Below are positions 30,208-44,781 of a stretch of 64,000 bases of DNA, in pieces (position 1 is the stretch's first letter; every line of letters starts with the position of its first letter). Where the stretch lies: the NCBI GenBank assembly GCA_012295275.1, contig CM022665.1, forward strand, positions 39,928,001 through 39,992,000, given 5' to 3'. The translations under genes were made by a program, and so were the position numbers. The notes beneath the pieces are model-generated. The model worked only from the letters and a program-made list of their open reading frames with translations, had not been told where the DNA came from and did not search any database. This DNA comes from Chrysomallon squamiferum (lineage: Eukaryota > Animalia > Mollusca).

Positions 30208-30722
30208 CTACACCAGCGAACCAACACCCACACCACCACCACCACCACCACCACGCGTAGCTCCGATGGCGACATCATCGGCAGCTTCACTTCTAGCATT
30301 CCGTGACGTCACCACTTGGTCGGGAGTCAGGTACCCGTTTTGCGTTTCAAGGGTTTTGCACAAGTTACTGTTACAAACGATGTTCTCTTCCAGGCTGTCC
30401 ATTTTAGGCACGCATTTAGCTTTTTGCGACCTGTCTCCAAGCAGTCGCATTTTAATGGAGTCTCGACCACTTCCGTTCACGGCGCGTCCGGAGATAACTG
30501 GGCTGTCCTGGAATGTAATGTAAGAATTACTGTCCTTTTTGATAAGCGTTGTAGGTTGCCTGGTACATTTCTCGGACGCCCACTTGTACACTCCGCTGTT
30601 GGAAGGCGTCCCGTGACTATAGCACCAGAAACAGATTGTTTCTTTGAAAGCCTGTCTGTATCTTTTGGAAATGACGTTGTACAAGATGGGATTGACAGTG
30701 GAGCTGATGAAGTATAGAACAC
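30208..30722 (-). CDS. PRXamide/pyrokinin-CAPA (neuromedin-U-like) GPCR, last exon (TM7 and C-tail)
   Basis: Lies in ORF 30208..30810; ttccag acceptor, phase 1; GVLYFISSTVNPILYNVISKRYRQAFKETIC (NPxxY, helix 8); stop at 30208-30210. Confidence 0.92.
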
Positions 30723-31320
30723 CTGGAAAGAAAGCAGTAATTACGTTGTGAATAATTGAAGTGTTTACAGTTCGATTTAAATCATCCGTATCACTAAAAG
30801 AACGGTACACAATAATATTGTGAAGATCGTAAAATCAGCGTATTAGAGATGGCGAATGGACTATACAAAATAAAATTTAAAAAAACCCCAAAACATAATG
30901 CAATTTAATAGTCATGAATGACATTTTTTGATTAAAAACTCGGGAATAAACGTCATTGAAAAAGCTGAAGATGCAATTTTCTAACCCAAAAGGACATAAT
31001 TTTCGACATAACTGATAATGAAATTATTAAATTATTTTATTTTATTTTTCTTAGTATTTAAAAAAAAATAAAAAATATTCTCATGAGATTGTTCATTAGC
31101 ATAATACAATGTGACTGACGTGGGTTACACAGTTCTGGTACTGTTGGGTCTAATCAACATTTACGAATATTAACTTAAGGTATTAACCTATTTTTTATTG
31201 TGGAAAAAGATACACACGTGTTGAACAAGAAGAATAAGAGCAAGGACAATAATTTTCTGTTTATAGTCTACGATAAGATATTATATTAAACGTGTTTTAT
31301 GATTATTATTATTATTATCA

Positions 31321-31381
<61 letters not shown>

Positions 31382-32223
31382 CATTATTATTATTACTACT
31401 GTTGTTGTTGTTGAAGAATGTAATAATTATTAAAAAGACAATTAAATCATGAATAGAATGCTATGTTACTTGACATAATAACATCTGTGTGCCCACTAAA
31501 ACGAAGACGATTTCTTTATTGTTGTTTGACAAAGACATCAAAACAGGTCGGTGCAAATTGTCGTGGTATTTCCGGCTACAGGACGCGAGCTAATATCTTT
31601 ATTTCAAAAACTGAATTGTCTTCTCACATTCAGAGAGCAAATTCTTCCGAAGATAAACTGGGCAAAAAAGAGTTACGCGTCACTGTCGCATCAACAAACA
31701 ATCTTCATGAATAATTATAAGAAATAACACGAGTAATCGTCCGGAAGATGTAATGGACATGAAAATAAAACAGTGGTATTTTGTCGAGATCTTTCGTTAC
31801 GTTTTCTCTGGTTTGAGGCTTCGCCGGACTTTTTGGACGCGTAATTTCATAGTTTGTCCAATCCATTTATCGGCCTCATTTAAAGATGGTTACTTTCCGT
31901 ACGTCTAGGTAAACGGATGTACGAAAATAGAATCTATCCTGCGAGTTTGATTTTTTTTTTTTTTTTTTTTTATTTAACATAAAGAGAGAACAATGATATA
32001 GAGTTGGATGAAAGGAAAGACGATGTATGAATAGTGGCTTGTTTATTTCTGATTTGCGCGTACATTTAGAATAACAAGATATTAATATTAAAAAAAGAAA
32101 CGTTCGTACATTGACCTATACAGTTAAGTATGTTATATTGTCAGCAAGGAAAAAACAAAAAAACAAAATTATAAAAGAAAAATAATAGTTATTAACTAGA
32201 GGTGATTTAAATGAGTCAGTATC

Positions 32224-32319
<96 letters not shown>

Positions 32320-32565
32320 ATGAGTGTCTCTCTGCCTGTCTCTGTTTTCTCCCTGTGATAGAGTTCTAATATTGTTTTAATATTAGGTATCAGTCTTATC
32401 CCGTACACTTTTAAATATTTTCTTTTTTAAATTAACATAATCCCCAGATTTCTTTTTCTTCAAATCTTTTTATTTTATTTTATTTTTTTTTTTTTTTTCT
32501 GTTGACTCACTTCTACTTTGTATATAAAACCAACAAGGATGTTTTCGCAGGTAGAAATACGTTAC

Positions 32566-32691
32566 CTGAGATGTAGAAAAGAGTGCTCTGTATCTGCATT
32601 AGCTGCGGAGTCCAGTTAGACACGTACAAGACCATAAGTCTCTGCGCGTGGAATGGCGCCCAGCAGATGATAAAAGCCGCCGTTACAGCCA
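32566..32691 (-). CDS. PRXamide-type GPCR, TM6-ECL3 exon
   Basis: VAVTAAFIICWAPFHAQRLMVLYVSNWTPQLMQIQSTLFYISG; CWAPFHAQR is characteristic of NMU/pyrokinin/CAPA receptors; 126 nt, phase 1/1, cag/gtaacg. Confidence 0.93.
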
Positions 32692-33654
32692 CTGGAAAAA
32701 AAAAAGAAAAAGAAAAAAGAACAAAACAATGAGTGAACGAACGAACGAATGAATGAATGAACGAATATCTAAAATAATGAATAAAATGTTTAATTATCAT
32801 CTCATCATTTAGAATAAATGATCGTGCAGTGTATGTATAATTATGATATGACGTAAGAAAGACGTTACCGCCAATCCGAAATTTACAGTTACCCATCAGC
32901 AGTAAAATATATTTTGGTATACACCTTCCCATAAACAGCTCTGCGGAGTGCAGGCTGTCGCGGGAAATAACAACAATGGGAGGCTGAAGGTGGATTGATC
33001 CGGTGATCTGTCACCCTTCAGACAAACATTCAACTATTGACATTCATTCCGTTATAATAAAACAATTAATATAAATTTCTGTTTAGATGTTTTTATCATG
33101 AAAGACCTTTTGATTTATTTCAGATTATTCCTGATGATTTATCTAAGTCAACAGAAAACAACAGCAGTGTAATGAATAATAATAATAATTGAAAAAAAAA
33201 AAAAAAAAACGTTAAATGCAAAGGTTTTTTTCTACTGCTAGGTCCGAAATTATTAATTAATCAATTTTATTTTATTTTATTTTGTTTAATTTTTTAATTT
33301 TTTCATAAACATTGGATTATTAATTTTGCTTTTCACATCGTTAGATCTGAGTATTGAGGCATTCAATCTATGTATAGTTATATGCAGATAACATGCAAAT
33401 AGTCTTTTTTATGTTATAACAGATACAGTAAGTTTATTTTGGTGATAACACTTATTTTGGAATTTATACACTTTTATGTGCATAACTGTATGTAGGTAGA
33501 TATATGTATTATGTATATATGTAAATTTATGTACATATAAGTGCATTTACAAGTGCATTTATGTATATATCTAAATAAATTATGTCCTAATCGTATTTTA
33601 CAGATAATAAATAACGTCCATATATATTTTTACCATATTCATGTTTCAGTATGG

Positions 33655-33704
<50 letters not shown>

Positions 33705-34879
33705 GTTTAGATATTATCATGGAATTCTTAAAAATCTTACTGCACTGTCATTATCCTGTAATATATTTCCGTTCTTTTTTTTATGTTTTAGACTGTTCCT
33801 TTATTCAAAATATCTTCTGGGGTTTTTTTTTTTTTTTTTTCTCCCCTTGTTTCTCTTATTTGTAATTCATCAATGCTACGCATTTCCCAAATGAACGCAA
33901 ATGAGCGAAGCCAGCACGTCTTCACGGCGACCAGTCGAATCCGTGGCGGCCAACGTAACGAGCCGTCAAAAGGAAAATCAAGGGATTTACAAATTATATC
34001 TTGATTTGCCTTGTGACAGGCAATTTGTCACCGCAAGTTGGGCTAGCTGGGACTTTAATATTATGTTCAGAAGAGAAAATTAAAGTCGCTGGTTGGCTTC
34101 AACTCATGATTGCCAGTTTGAAGGTCTTTATATTTTTTTATTTTTTTATATATATATATAAACCAATATATACCGTATTTAAATACACAGTGAATGATAG
34201 TGAGGGATTCTAGCAGAGTGCCAGGTGAGTGATGGGCGGAAACAGGGTGGTGACGTCGGGGCTTGAAAGAAATACCAAAAGCTGATCTGAAGCACGACAA
34301 ACAAGATAAAAGGAAATCATTTATGTACAGTGCCTGTCAAAATGAACGAAAAAGCCCAGGATAGGAAATAAACGATCAGGGAACGATAATGTGACTGACA
34401 GATAGAATGAATTTTGAGTTTGATGTGAAAAAAAAAAAAATATAACGAAAGACAAAAATGTGTCTGTTAATGTTTCAGTGCATTGGTGTCACTGAGCTTA
34501 ATTTTTTATTTTTTATTTATTTATTTATTTTTTTCATTTATAAATTGTGTATTTATGTAAAAGAAGCAGTGGTGGTGACATAACAAGACAAGCATTTCCG
34601 TTACAGGTTTTTCTTACGATACACGAATTAACGAAAATCTTATGTAATAATCTTCTGTTGCTATTTTCGTCTGTTCAGCAAAAATTGTAGAGTGGTTGAT
34701 ATAGTAACCATGGATACTAATTTAAAATGGTTCCAGGCCAAATCACATAATTCCTTCTATTAGATATAGTAACTGTCATACTTTTTTTTTATTATTATTA
34801 GCTGCTCTAGTGCAGAAATGTTGGGTGAAGAAAGAACACTTCCATTTCAGACACTCTGAGAGACAGTGTTCACCCATCC

Positions 34880-35540
34880 TTACACACACACACACATACG
34901 TACGTACACACATACATACATACATACATACATACATACACACACACACATACATACATACACACACATACTTACACACATATACACATACATACATACA
35001 TACATACAGACACATAAACATACATACATTCATAATACATTCACACATACATTCATACACATATACATACATACATACCAACATACATACATATATACAC
35101 ACATACATTCATAAACATATAAATACATACACACATATACATACATGCACACACATACATACACACACATACATACACACATGTACATACACACATGTAC
35201 ATACATATACACACATATACATATACACACATTCATACACATATACATACATACATATACACATACACACATTCATACACATATACATATACTACATACA
35301 CACATATACATACATATACATATATATATATACATACATACATGCACACACACATACATACATACATACATGCAGACAGACATACAGACACTTACACACA
35401 CTCAGAAACACAGACACACATACATACACACATGCACACATATCCATCGTTCCATCCATCCACCCATCCTTCCAACCATCCATCGATGCATCCATACATC
35501 CATGCATCATTCATCCAGCCAGCCATACATACACAACAGA
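34880..35540. repeat. Long degenerate (CATA/CACA/CATC)n microsatellite field
   Basis: Visible low-complexity tract; explains the His/Thr/Tyr-rich pseudo-ORFs at 34776-35685. Confidence 0.9.
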
Positions 35541-38311
35541 AACACACCAACATACATGCACAATATCAGCGCTAACAGTAACTGTCATCATCATCTTCAT
35601 CATAAACTTCGTAGTAACAATTATGATAAAGATACTTGGAAGGTCTTGTCAACAAGACAATAACATCATCATTGTTACTCTGTGACCACTCTTCGCGAAT
35701 TCTGTTTTTACGATGTCAACTAATTCGATTCCTATGCCACGGAAAACAATGCCATAATTCCTCCAGCCCCCGCTTTGCATGCATGATAGCAGTCTCAGCA
35801 AAAGATCATTTCAGGATTATGGAAAATGCAAAGAGACTCGTCGGATTTCTTTACGTTCTTGTTTTACAGCTATCAAACAACCGGTAATAATCTCTTTCTG
35901 ATAAGTTTGCACAGTGTTAACCATAGACGACTGAAGAGTCTCCAGGTGCACACTTTTCTGCGTATAACCATAAAAATAGCTTTTGGTTAGGAACGCTTTA
36001 AAAGTTTTAATGAAATTTAGTGAAACATGCATTCTTGGCTGTATTGTTAAAACTGTTGGTAACGTGATTATGTAATCAAGCTTTGAAACCCAGTGAAATA
36101 GTAATTATATATTATTATGTCCTGGTGATTATGTGAAGATCATAACGTTGTTTTTATTTTTTGATCATGTTGGTTATGGCGATGATCATGATGATTATAA
36201 CGATGATGATGGTGATGATGATGATGATAATAATTCAATATCAAAATAAAAAAGATAGAAAACCAAACAAAAATAAAACAAAATGCATGGAAAATAATAA
36301 AAAAAGAAAAGAAAAAAGAAAGAAAGAAAGAAAAAATAATTTTAAAAAAGAAGGAAAAGCAATAATATATAACCACCTAGAGTTAAAATAAAATAATTAA
36401 ATAAATAAATAAAATAAAAATAAACTTTTATTTAAAAAAAAATAAAAAAAAAAAAAAAAAAAAATTCATTTCTTAATAGAAATCCAGTAGCAGAAACATA
36501 ATTTTATTCACGCAGCCACGGAAATTCGGCATTTAAACTAGCGATATATTTATATTAAATCAATATTTCCAAATCCTTCCTCATCACAGCGCGCCAGTTT
36601 TGCACGTCAGAATGAAAATAAATCCCGGCCTATCTGTTCAAAACACTTTTTGTTCTTCAATTCGTTTTCTGGCCGCAGTTTCTCCAGTTTCGCAGCAAAA
36701 CTGCAAGATTATAATCAAAAACTTGCCTCTCCGAGTTGTTCAGCTATTGACAAAGCATATTGGCTTTCGCATGTGTCTGAAAACGTTAAAGAGGTAATTC
36801 TGCAGAAGGTGGTCAATAATCGAATAAATATACATTTTTTTTTTTTTTTTGACTTTTGTCGCCATGATAGGTTTTCAAGATCTGGAAGGCGCTTGTTGTC
36901 AACTCCGACTACGTTCCTGGAAACGCCACTGAAGAAATGTAAATAAGGCAACAACAGAATGAATATTCATCTCGTGAAATTGTTGACAATTATGCGATTT
37001 CGTGATCTTTCTGACGCTCGTGTGGAGCGTTTGTTCTAATGTATTGAATTAAAAACATGTTCTGCGTAGTTAAATACACGGTGTGTGGCGTGTGTACATA
37101 CATACGTGTCCGTTTTAAAAATGCCAGGCGTATCGCTTGTCTCTGTAGTATGTGTCATGCCAAGATTAAGTCCGTGAAGTCAGTACAACTTATACGGTGG
37201 TCAGCAGTGCTAGTTTGAGCAAATGTTTGTTTTTAAGCATAAAATTAACGCTCATTTTTCGCTCAGAATCACTTTCTGTTTCTCATTCAAACATGTTTAG
37301 CTTAACATTCATTAATTTTCTATCCGTGAATATTACTACTACTACTACTACTACTACAACTACTGCTACTACTACTGTACTACTAATAATAATACATCTA
37401 TTACTAGTACTGTTACTACAACTATTACTACTACTACTATTACTACTACTACTACTAATAATAACAGTAATAATAATAATAATAAGAAGAAGAATAAGAA
37501 GAAGAAGAAGAAGAAGAAGAAGAAAGACGATAACACAGGTGATGATGAAGACTTGCTGACAACGATGACGATAAGCTCCGATAAGAAAAAATAATTAAAA
37601 TTTAAAAATAATGATGGATACATATAACTTTATTACAAGAAAACTTATCGAAAGAGGCACTAATCATTCACTTTACAACGGAAGCTATAATATGTTTAGA
37701 CCAACTATTTGTTTCTGGAATTATTTGTCAACTCTTGTACGTTCAAAAAAAAAAAAGATCTTATTACCTACAATTTTTACAATGATTAATTTTTTTTTTT
37801 ATCAATCACAGTTGTGGCAGTTTATTGTAATCTAAATTCTGAATCTAATCACTGAAATATTCATCTCCATCTTTAAGAAGCCCGATTTGCAACCCACGTG
37901 TCCCAATTAACCTCAAAATGGCATCATGGGATTGTATATGCGCGCGAGTCAGGCGATTGGATCATTTTGTATGTAAGGACGATAACCTCTAGCGCACTAG
38001 AGTATCATTTGTAAGCAGATATCATCATCCGAAAACTAATCAGGAAGACAGTTTTCCTCGATTTTACTAAACGTTTGAGAATTTCTGTTGCGACCCTTTG
38101 TTGAAAAAATCCCTCAAAAAAACATGTAGTTCAGTTCTAGGAAGCGATTATAGAAGCGATTTTGTAAGATATATAACTATGTATTTTTATCACTACTAGA
38201 ACAAGAACATATAAAAAAACACCAAAGTAGATTAATTTTACTTTCTGAAATAAACCAAGTTTTACCTTTTAATCATTATCGTTCTGGGCAGTTCTTAAAC
38301 AAACTGCGGGG

Positions 38312-38630
38312 GACCGGGGTGTGGCTCAGTGTTAAGGACGCAAGACCGGGGTGTGGCTCAGTGTTAAGAGCGCAAGACCGAGGTTCTGTGAATCACATGA
38401 TCGATCGTCCTCTTCGAGCCTGCTCGGCACATTTCCCGTGTTCGCTAGCGGCCGCCGATTGATATCAAATGCTGTTTACCCCTGTCTGTGGGAAGGTTGA
38501 TATTACAGATCTCTTCCTGCTTATTGTGTGTTGCTAATATCCTGTCATTATCTGTGTGGTTCTTAATTTGCATGACGCCATGTAACCGTGGATTAAAAAC
38601 GGGTTGAGTGTGTTATCGAATAAAATACTT
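38312..38630 (+). mobile_element. tRNA-derived SINE with a tandemly duplicated 32-bp head
   Basis: A-box-like TGGCTCAGTGTTAAG occurs twice (units at 38312 and 38344), then a B-box-like GATCGATC and a core 'cctgtctgtgggaagg..atattacagatctcttcctgct' recalling the Meta-domain SINEs of molluscs (family name from memory, not searched). Confidence 0.7.
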
Positions 38631-39633
38631 GCTTTGTACCGATATTTTACCAGCCTAGAGATCCGGTTTTCTTTTTGTTTTCTCTTTATTTTTAAAATAT
38701 TATTTTTAAAAGTTGATTTAAAGCTAAGGAAAGAAAACAGAACAATAAAAGAGAGAACATTGGCTTCAGCGATGGCAATGAAAAGGAAACACTTGACTGA
38801 GTTTTCGTTCTACAAAGCGACCTGAAGCATTTTATTGGTTTTCTTTATTGTTGTACGAGCGGCGACACAAAAAAAAAAAAAAAAAAAAAAAAAACAGGAG
38901 GAAAGAAAAAGAAGCAGAAAAACGTTAATGAAGGATGGTTTAGTAAAACAATAAATCTACACTGCACATTTAATTTGTTATTTTTCTTACCATGTTAGTT
39001 TTTTTGTGGGAAAAATCTCGTTAAATATTTTACTTCATTTTATTCCCAGCATTATTATGAAGTTTTTATTTGCATTAAGAGCTTCTGAGGCCAAGAAGGT
39101 TTTGATATTTGTTAATCCAATTAATTTTACAGTAACAATGCAAAGGAAAGAAATAAACAGCAGAAGCAAACGTTTGTTTATAATAAAGTTCCCGGATTTT
39201 GAATGATTATCTCATCTTCATTGTGAACGACCTGTAGGTTCCAGTCTCAAATTTCAGCAAAGAGGTTTTCTGATTCGCCCTCAATCTTGGATTAATCCAA
39301 ATCGTAACTTACTCAGTAATTTTTTTTTTTTTTTTAACAAGAAAAGTAACGAGTTTCTCTTTGATAGTGTTCTGACACTATCACTAAACATTTTTTTTTG
39401 GCATCTTCTTCTCCAGATTTACCAGTACATTTCAGTCAAGAACAGGTGTCAGATTCAAAGGAAACAAACGAAAAACTGTGAACGTCTTAACATTAATTTT
39501 CAGGCAACATTTAATGAAAACATAACTCTGTAAAACAAGATTATTGGAAATGAGCTAATAAAATATGAGGTTTAATTTAGACAAAAAAATCTTGACATTC
39601 ATTTTATGGAAATATTTAATGAAAACAAATATA

Positions 39634-39680
<47 letters not shown>

Positions 39681-40578
39681 TGTGTTTGTTGGTAAGCAAC
39701 ATACATGCACTGGGTTGGAACAAACACTGACAGCGTTTTTTAAAAATGAAATTGAAAGACAATATTTGGACATTTGTACACAGATGTACTGGACCACATA
39801 ATATATATGTCATTTCGTTCACCTTTCAGAACATGTACACAAGTCGTATATTTCAGTTACATGTAAAACGTAGTCGCGTGCAAAACCGCCACGAACATTA
39901 GTTCCAGCACAATATACGCAAGAATATTCGAGATGTACCTAAAATATAACGAGTCTTTTCCTTCAGACAATAATGTGGTCCTGTTTTTCATTACAGTACA
40001 TCAGTTCTGTTTTATCCACTTTCTGCATAATGGCAGAATTTACATACCAAGTCTCTGTACTGTCTGTGTATAACGCTTTTCTGTTTTCGCTCGAAGAAAA
40101 GTCATAGTCATTCTGACGCTAAACCAATAAAAACAGAGGTAAAAATTACACTCACAATAACTGACACATGATAACATAATTAAGAGAAATTCCAGGCGCA
40201 AATCCAAGAGAAGAGGGTCGTTAAGGTTGAGAACCCCTTGAAGCTCAAGAAGACAAAACAATAACGGTGTTTATTTTAAAAAAAAAAAATATTCGCTTAA
40301 CCTTACGAAACAATTGTTGTGTTTAACAGCATTCCAATTGAAATATTACTCATTACATTTGATTCAGTGTAACTTCAGTTTCTCGACGTTAAAGAATTTG
40401 ACAGTTTTAATAACGTTAAAAACTGACAGTATTTGGATGTGTCTTCCTTCAGTAAAAAATGTTGGAACTGCCGCTGAATACAGAATAGATGAGCCGAATA
40501 TAATCTGACAACGAAAACAGTTAAAGAAAAATATAAAATATTTATTGCTGCAATCAGTGCCAAAGATGTCAGAGAGAG

Positions 40579-40617
<39 letters not shown>

Positions 40618-41592
40618 TAAAAAAACGTATAATTAAATAAAATGTAAAGATTATTTAAAATTAAATTATCAGCAGTTTAAAATGTAGACATTTTTATAGT
40701 AGACGATTTCTCGATGATGTCAAACGGGCTGTGTACACACACGTCATGTATTACCAGTTTACCTAAATAAACTTCAGGTTTAAATTATTTATGACCACAC
40801 AGTTGTTTTCATTTCAGTTTTAATGTTATTTATACCAACAAAAGAAGTGCGGTTTTCCCAGTATCTTTACGTCTGTAATAATAATGATGATGGAATTTTA
40901 TGTGTGTGTGAGTGTGTGTTAGAAAAATAAATCTTTCTCGTTTCCTTTTAATATGGATGAAACATCCAGTTTATTAATTTAACTTTTATCATCTACAAAT
41001 CATCTATTTTCTGCACTCACACATAAAAATAATAACTGTAACGAGTACATTTATCATTCACGGTACATCAACTATCAGGCTTTAACTGAAAATGCTTCGA
41101 GGATTCTGTCGTTATCATAAAATATTTTTTCACTTCATTAAACCATGAAAACGAAAAATAACGACCCCCTACATGCCCGGCAAATCAGTCAGCAATATCT
41201 GATTTCGTTTCTGCCGATGTATCGAAATTATACAAAATAACGGTTTTAACGGTTTGAATTGGTTACGCTATACTTTATTTAACAAAAAAAAAAAATAAAA
41301 TAAAATAAAATAAAATAAAATAATAATAAAAATACATATCGATAACTGAATAAATGTTTATAAATATATTATCTCTGATTTTAATGAAATGAGTTGTCTT
41401 TTTTATTTTCTCTATCAAATGCTTAATTTATAAAAATATTATATATATGTTACTGTTACTTTTAATACTTCTTAATTATTGTTGTTGTTGTCGTCGTTGT
41501 TGTTGCAGCAGCTACTGTTTCTGTCGTTGCTATCATCATCATCACCATCATCATAATCATCGTCATCATCATCGTCATTATTATTATTATTA

Positions 41593-41626
<34 letters not shown>

Positions 41627-41912
41627 TCCAGTTTTCTAAAGAACTGCAACTGAAAGGAACCAGTCCATGAAATTAACCGGTTTTTCACACACAAGAATAT
41701 AATCATGTGACAAGACTGTTTGAATCTATAGTAAAAAGAATTAAAAAGAATATGTAATTTTGCCGTCAAGTTATCTTTCTGCAATCAGTAATATTAATAA
41801 TCTTTACACTTGCTGAACTTTTTCAGTTAACCTGCTGTCTACAAAAGGTGATCTGTCTACGAGAAAAATCTTTGATTGTATCAAATTCTAATTTAGACCT
41901 AATCAATAACGG

Positions 41913-42001
<89 letters not shown>

Positions 42002-42181
42002 TTTTGCAGGCCTTTATTAATTGTAGTAAATGTATCGTCAATAATACGCTTTCATATTAATCACTCTAATATCTTTAGCTCTGTAGTTTTCTTCTATTTT
42101 TAATAACGTCAGTGTATCATGCGGAACTTGTTTTTCTGGTTGGTAATCATTGTAATGACAAGCAATTAAATGAAGGATAGA

Positions 42182-42214
<33 letters not shown>

Positions 42215-42215
42215 A

Positions 42216-42246
<31 letters not shown>

Positions 42247-43116
42247 CATATATATATTATTATTATCATTATTATTATCATTATTATTATTATTATTCTT
42301 ATTGACGTAATTCTGAATGCATGAAGGATTGCCTTTCTACCCGAAGAAGCGCGAACTGTGGATGTATTAAAGTGATGGTTTATTAAGCTACATTACCTTT
42401 CTTTTTTAACACAAATCTTCGGCTAAGTCATGGCTTTTGACCACGTCAAGCATGCGTCAATAATTCTGTTATGGTTGCATGTTAAAATGTATCATCGACA
42501 TGCATTATATATATTTATGATCCACATGCGATATTAAGATTTAACAGTAAAACATCGCAGTGTCAAAACTGGAAGCAGTAAATAAATTGAGTTTTATGGC
42601 GAATGATGATAGCAGAAACTACTTCTTTAGAGGAAAAAAAAAAAAAAAAAAAAAAATTAAGAAATTAAAAAAAAAAAAAAAAGGACTGTTAAGATATTGA
42701 CTGTGTAAAGATTAAAAATGGTAAAATATTCTAAAGTATGATGCAGTTTCTGATGCGTAAAGATCGCTGTGTTTGAAGAATGGAAGATTTTCCATTCAAA
42801 ACAGACGAGCGGTCGTGTTATTTAAAGTGATTCGATGCTTCTTCTGCCAAAACGAAAAAAAAAAAAAAAAAAAAGAGTGAAAGATAAAGAGTCATAGATA
42901 GAAAAAGAAAAACTGATTTAACTCGAAAGTTGATAAGAGAATATGACATATAGAAAACTTAAAGTGAGTGACTGTAGTGGATTGTGATATATGAGCATGG
43001 TTTTAAAATGTTGCCAGCATTAGTTTAAAAGCTACATGAACTAATAAATCTATACATGCACACATACATACATATATTCTTACTTACACACACACATGTA
43101 TATATATATATATATA

Positions 43117-43201
<85 letters not shown>

Positions 43202-43322
43202 AATGTTCCTGTATGTGCTAAATATTTCTCTTCGTTCTAAATGTTCCTGTATATTCTAAATATTTCTCTTCGTTCTAAATGTTCCTGTACATTGAAAATG
43301 TTTCTCTTCATTCTAAATGTCC
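43202..43322. repeat. ~38-bp tandem repeat, about 3 copies
   Basis: AATGTTCCTGTAT..TCTAAATATTTCTCTTCGTTCTA repeated. Confidence 0.8.
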
Positions 43323-43839
43323 ATCGTGTTATTCAAAGTATATGAAATATAAATGAATGGATAAATGGATATTGACATACAGGCATAATTGTAAGAACAG
43401 CGAACTATATGTTAATTTTCGTTCTAAATGTCCTTCGTACTGTTCAAAGTATATGAAATATAAATGGATGGATAAAACATGAATCGAGCAATTCTGATAC
43501 TGTGTCTCTCCGTTTAACCTTGATTCAGAGTCGGTCAACGAATATTATCAAAGAATCGAGAAGATGAAATCAGAAAAGTGATCCTTAAGCGATTAACCTT
43601 CGCACTACGGCTTCCTCTGTGACGACAATGCCGACGACAACAACTGAATGACTCCAGAAGAGTACTTTAACTTTGTTTCCAAATTCATGATTCGATGCGG
43701 ATTTAGTTCAGAACGTGATCTTGACATTTTGTCGAATGAAAGAACGTATGAATGAATGGATGAACGAATGAATGAATGAATGGTTTCTCGAGACATCAAC
43801 GTATCTTGATGTCAAGTGTTATTAGGTATCGTTTTTATC

Positions 43840-44045
43840 CTTTCTTATAATTAGGGCTATGGGATTAAGAAACACGCCACAGTTTTTTCCTTAGATTATC
43901 TTTATCGATTATCAGCAAAAGGGTTTTTTATATGCACTTTCTCGGTTGTGAACAAAGTAGTCTTGAGACGGGAATCGTTGAAACGGCGCTCTGAAGAGAA
44001 TAGATCCTTTGATCTGTCACATTTGAGAGCTCAGTTTTAACCATT
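43840..44045 (-). mobile_element. Old SINE relic, reverse orientation
   Basis: Reverse complement of the SINE core (cagcaaaagggttttttatatgcactttc) plus a degenerate tRNA head; boundaries approximate. Confidence 0.45.
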
Positions 44046-44750
44046 TTGCCTAACCGAGAGAATCATTTACGTGGCAATCAAAGGCGGCTGTTATAAAACA
44101 CGCCTCTCGTCCAACTAGATGTTTTATACATTCATTCTGTGAAATAATAACAGCTTGTGGTTTTGGTATGATATGATATTCTGTTTCGTCTCCGAAAAGA
44201 TTAAAATTACGTATTTCTATTTAGACTTTACATCGAGAGAGATTAAGGTGTATATGTTGTCTTCATTATAAAGAGGACCATCTTCAAGAACTTGACTCAA
44301 AATCATTTTAAAAGGTCGGAACATAACAAACCTTGACGCCTCTTTTTTTTTCTTTTTTTTTTTCTAGACGTCTTAGCTGAACAGATCACTTTGACACTAA
44401 CATTTCCAACAGTTTACCAAACGTCACAGTTTAAACTCTTTGTCAGTCTCTACAGCCGATATTACCCTACATCAGTGAATAAATGAAATTATGTAAACAA
44501 TTAAGAAAAACCTCTGTGAGTGGTTTAGATCATTACACGACTACTGAAACTACCAGAGTGAGAAAATTAGGTGACAAGTTGAAGGGTATGTAATGGGCAA
44601 AGGTTACACTCGAAAGGTCGTGATAGCATTTCTGTTTGTAAACGTTTTTCTAACCAGCGATAGATGACTCCATGGAAAACACGACAATATTCTTAAGTGT
44701 TTTCTACTTCTTTTTTTTTACACTTCTTCTTCCTAATTTTTTTTTCTTCT

Positions 44751-44781
<31 letters not shown>

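Noticed and set aside
30266-30717. Plus-strand ORFs overlapping the last GPCR exon
   Set aside because: Antisense shadows of GC-richer coding sequence.
34776-35685. Longest ORF in the track (291 aa, His/Thr/Tyr-rich)
   Set aside because: Translation of a (CATA/CACA)n microsatellite, open in several frames on both strands.
38312-38420. Possible tRNA gene
   Set aside because: No cloverleaf can be folded; the A/B-box-like head runs into a SINE core.
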